Source: a virus. Taken from it: a DNA stretch of 64,000 bases. Below the pieces are notes generated by a model, which was not told the origin of the DNA, did not search any database, and worked only from the letters and a program-made list of their open reading frames with translations. The translations under genes and the position numbers were made by a program. This document shows, in pieces, positions 63,001 through 64,000 of this stretch (within the stretch, counting starts at the first letter, position 1; each line of letters opens with the position of its first letter). Location: IMG/VR virus record IMGVR_UViG_3300044681_000098, positions 1 to 64,000 of that record; one strand, given 5' to 3'.

Positions 63001-64000
63001 CTGGCGCAATTCAAATTTCTCAAACACCAAATGGTGCAATCCAGACACTAGGTGCTATGACTGGTGCTGTATTACTAATACCAGCTGTGGTTATCCCTGA
63101 AGCGGATTCTATCTATTCTCCAAACCATGGATTCCAGAACGATGACTTCGTAACTTATACATCTACTGGAACTGCTATCACTGGATTGAATGCGCAGATC
63201 GGATCCAACGGATATCTAATCAATAGAATTTCAGACAATAGATTCAAACTTAAGACTACTGCTGGTGCTATCGTCGACTTAAAGAACTTTGGTAGCGGAA
63301 CACATGCGTTCAGCAACACCAAGTATGCCGAATCCGCAAACGTAATTAACAAAGTCGGTCACGGTTTCAATACTGGTGATGAGGTTATCTATGACGCTGA
63401 CGGTAATCCAATTATCGACGGTCTTGTTAGTAACGGTGTTTATGTCATTAAGAAGGTTAGCGATGATGCATTCCGTGTTAGTGCAGCATCAAATTCTGCT
63501 GATATGAAGATCACCAGAGTTGCTAAACTTGCAGCAAACACTACGATCACTGTAGAATTCCAAATTAACCATGGTCTATCGGTTGGTGATTCAATTATTA
63601 TTCGTGACAACCCAATTCAATACATGAATAACTATTGGACAGTTGCATCAGTTCCTGCCACTCCAACAGTTAACGGTTCACCTTCTTCTATCACTATCAC
63701 TGTACCATACTTTATTGATTCTTCTCCAGCTGTTACACAAAACATTGTAGCTGGAACTACCTATGGTATTGGTTACAAATACGTGAACTTTAAGTATGTT
63801 ACTGCAAACAATGCTTTGATTACTCCAGCTGCTGTTGGAAATACATTCACAACATTCCAAGCGTTTGATTCGCAAATCACTAAGGAAACACCAGCTGTTC
63901 AAGGTGGTAGCATTGTTTCTGCTCTAAGAACTAGACAGAGTACGGTTATCCCTACTGGTTCTTACGTTGATACTGTGAGTGGCACATCAATTAGAAAAGC
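60030..64000 (+). CDS. Large virion structural / tail fibre protein (partial, runs off the window)
   Basis: SD GAGGA, ATG 60030; MAKKLL...DPVSKIRVSQPENLIDTDFEYGLQSTKWE; repeated HG(F/L)xxGD modules; absent from the track, consistent with no stop inside the window (frame not checked codon by codon). Confidence 0.8.
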   Translation, partial: MAKKLLATGYRIDRNNNSIFLEGNVLHQRLLLITDVTLNRILYNFADEGSGLISINYDGDTQETELILRQSLSNLNVLDTDTLQVLIEEESTSFRPEDPFLDPVSKIRVSQPENLIDTDFEYGLQSTKWETLKLVNNIPSFYSKNGVSSVTVTSVQSTVQDNKVIVTAPNHGLAVGSPFEITGLSNSQFEGGYIVTTIISPDQFSYQLPFKSLVTQELATVYTNILPGAFYFGSQITVVDITTNGLPESHLTVQTRYPHGFSINTPFYFLNTVAVFRQDIPVTQFVIDDTVTNDVSTTTESVGESVNDYRISSVTPYNFIGRNTRYIDSTNAIISTYVPISSVRVTSGGAGYQQDPVVLPKGVNTGTISQTSYEIAWNASTGVALATDIITTAANNFQTGDRIEYFGPATANTATSSGVISGNSLVDNLTGTDNYTGVTDTNGRGFVATMITTSATFNGAALGATTATMSIPEINVDSNLSLPQIGMAIQLRVGAAYILPNGTKISNVSLSAGTYTLSLEFPAPLSAAINATLPGAAFATGIDPIDNTFYAKSHGFETGDYINYVYTAATGGTGNFPASSVGPTGLTSGTRYNLIKLDDDRFRLATSRENAHRGIPVDITDIGFPTQTAGQNVVPGIKFYGQNKSIYYRRISATTGTLHPTQADALSNTNILNFTAAGTNVAHNFSAARAVLTAVRTGNQLTGVTVDDGGNTYEKNSAITVLAKQTVRSIQSTNNGGGYASGTTNVLRFKTQEWDSPIYVGMRVTGTGIPANYSVQSISDDPVNPGYQSISINGNINANIAVGNVLTFEDPAGTAAVAVPNVRTQCVYYPNHNYVIGDVVYFAAPPNPVGVTGTQFYGGVAESRAYYVYPIDSDYFALVTSFPSTGYTVTTSNSRVAITTTGTVYLDRKFMMTTAARVTSVGSNIINWSSPTPISLVNGDAIVISSGSGGTDTIASLPANSVSAAVGATYDNGLHRVFYIVNSNQNGLAQSGAIQISQTPNGAIQTLGAMTGAVLLIPAVVIPEADSIYSPNHGFQNDDFVTYTSTGTAITGLNAQIGSNGYLINRISDNRFKLKTTAGAIVDLKNFGSGTHAFSNTKYAESANVINKVGHGFNTGDEVIYDADGNPIIDGLVSNGVYVIKKVSDDAFRVSAASNSADMKITRVAKLAANTTITVEFQINHGLSVGDSIIIRDNPIQYMNNYWTVASVPATPTVNGSPSSITITVPYFIDSSPAVTQNIVAGTTYGIGYKYVNFKYVTANNALITPAAVGNTFTTFQAFDSQITKETPAVQGGSIVSALRTRQSTVIPTGSYVDTVSGTSIRK

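Noticed and set aside
1-64000. CRISPR array or other repeat-spacer guide array
   Set aside because: No 20-45-bp repeats with regular unique spacers were seen. The PD-(D/E)xK nuclease at 17929 lacks the Cas4 cysteine cluster and cas context.
30164-64000. Stop-codon reassignment, introns or inteins in structural genes
   Set aside because: Core genes are full length in the standard code, no suppressor tRNA was found, and no intein or intron signatures were recognised.

Overview
64 kb of a large T4-like myovirus genome using the standard genetic code, with no CRISPR array or integrase seen. The host is probably a (Beta)proteobacterium; this is inferred from the AhpC/AhpD pair, the sigma70-type promoters and the tmRNA tag ANEEVYALAA. 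1-29 kb is an accessory and early/middle region. It holds four tRNAs (Thr-UGU, Pro-UGG, Leu-UAG, Gly-UCC), an HNH endonuclease, AhpC/AhpD, Gp88-like, AAA ATPase, several phosphoesterases, DenV-like, 2OG-Fe(II) oxygenase, PhoH, GH19 endolysin, exonuclease, a PlcP/LpxH-like hydrolase plus GT2, a circularly permuted two-piece tmRNA, a minus-strand four-gene envelope operon, a SleB-like hydrolase, ClpP and gp33/gp59/gp32. 30-64 kb is the virion module: tape measure-like, gp51/gp26, gp16, gp54-like, gp2, gp4, gp48, gp53, hub, gp5, PAAR, gp25, gp6, gp7, gp8, VrlC-like and fibre genes. Best leads: (1) a DIP1984-like coiled-coil gene followed directly by an unannotated ~258-nt closed, structured RNA with 7-nt-periodic UUGC repeats, a candidate protein-ncRNA system; (2) a phage-encoded permuted tmRNA with an LAA degron alongside a phage ClpP; (3) a likely programmed -1 frameshift fusing gp26 to gp51 just upstream of the tape measure gene; (4) a PlcP + glycosyltransferase lipid-remodelling pair; (5) mosaic early-promoter cassettes with IHF boxes. 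All family assignments are by motif recognition only; no searches were run.
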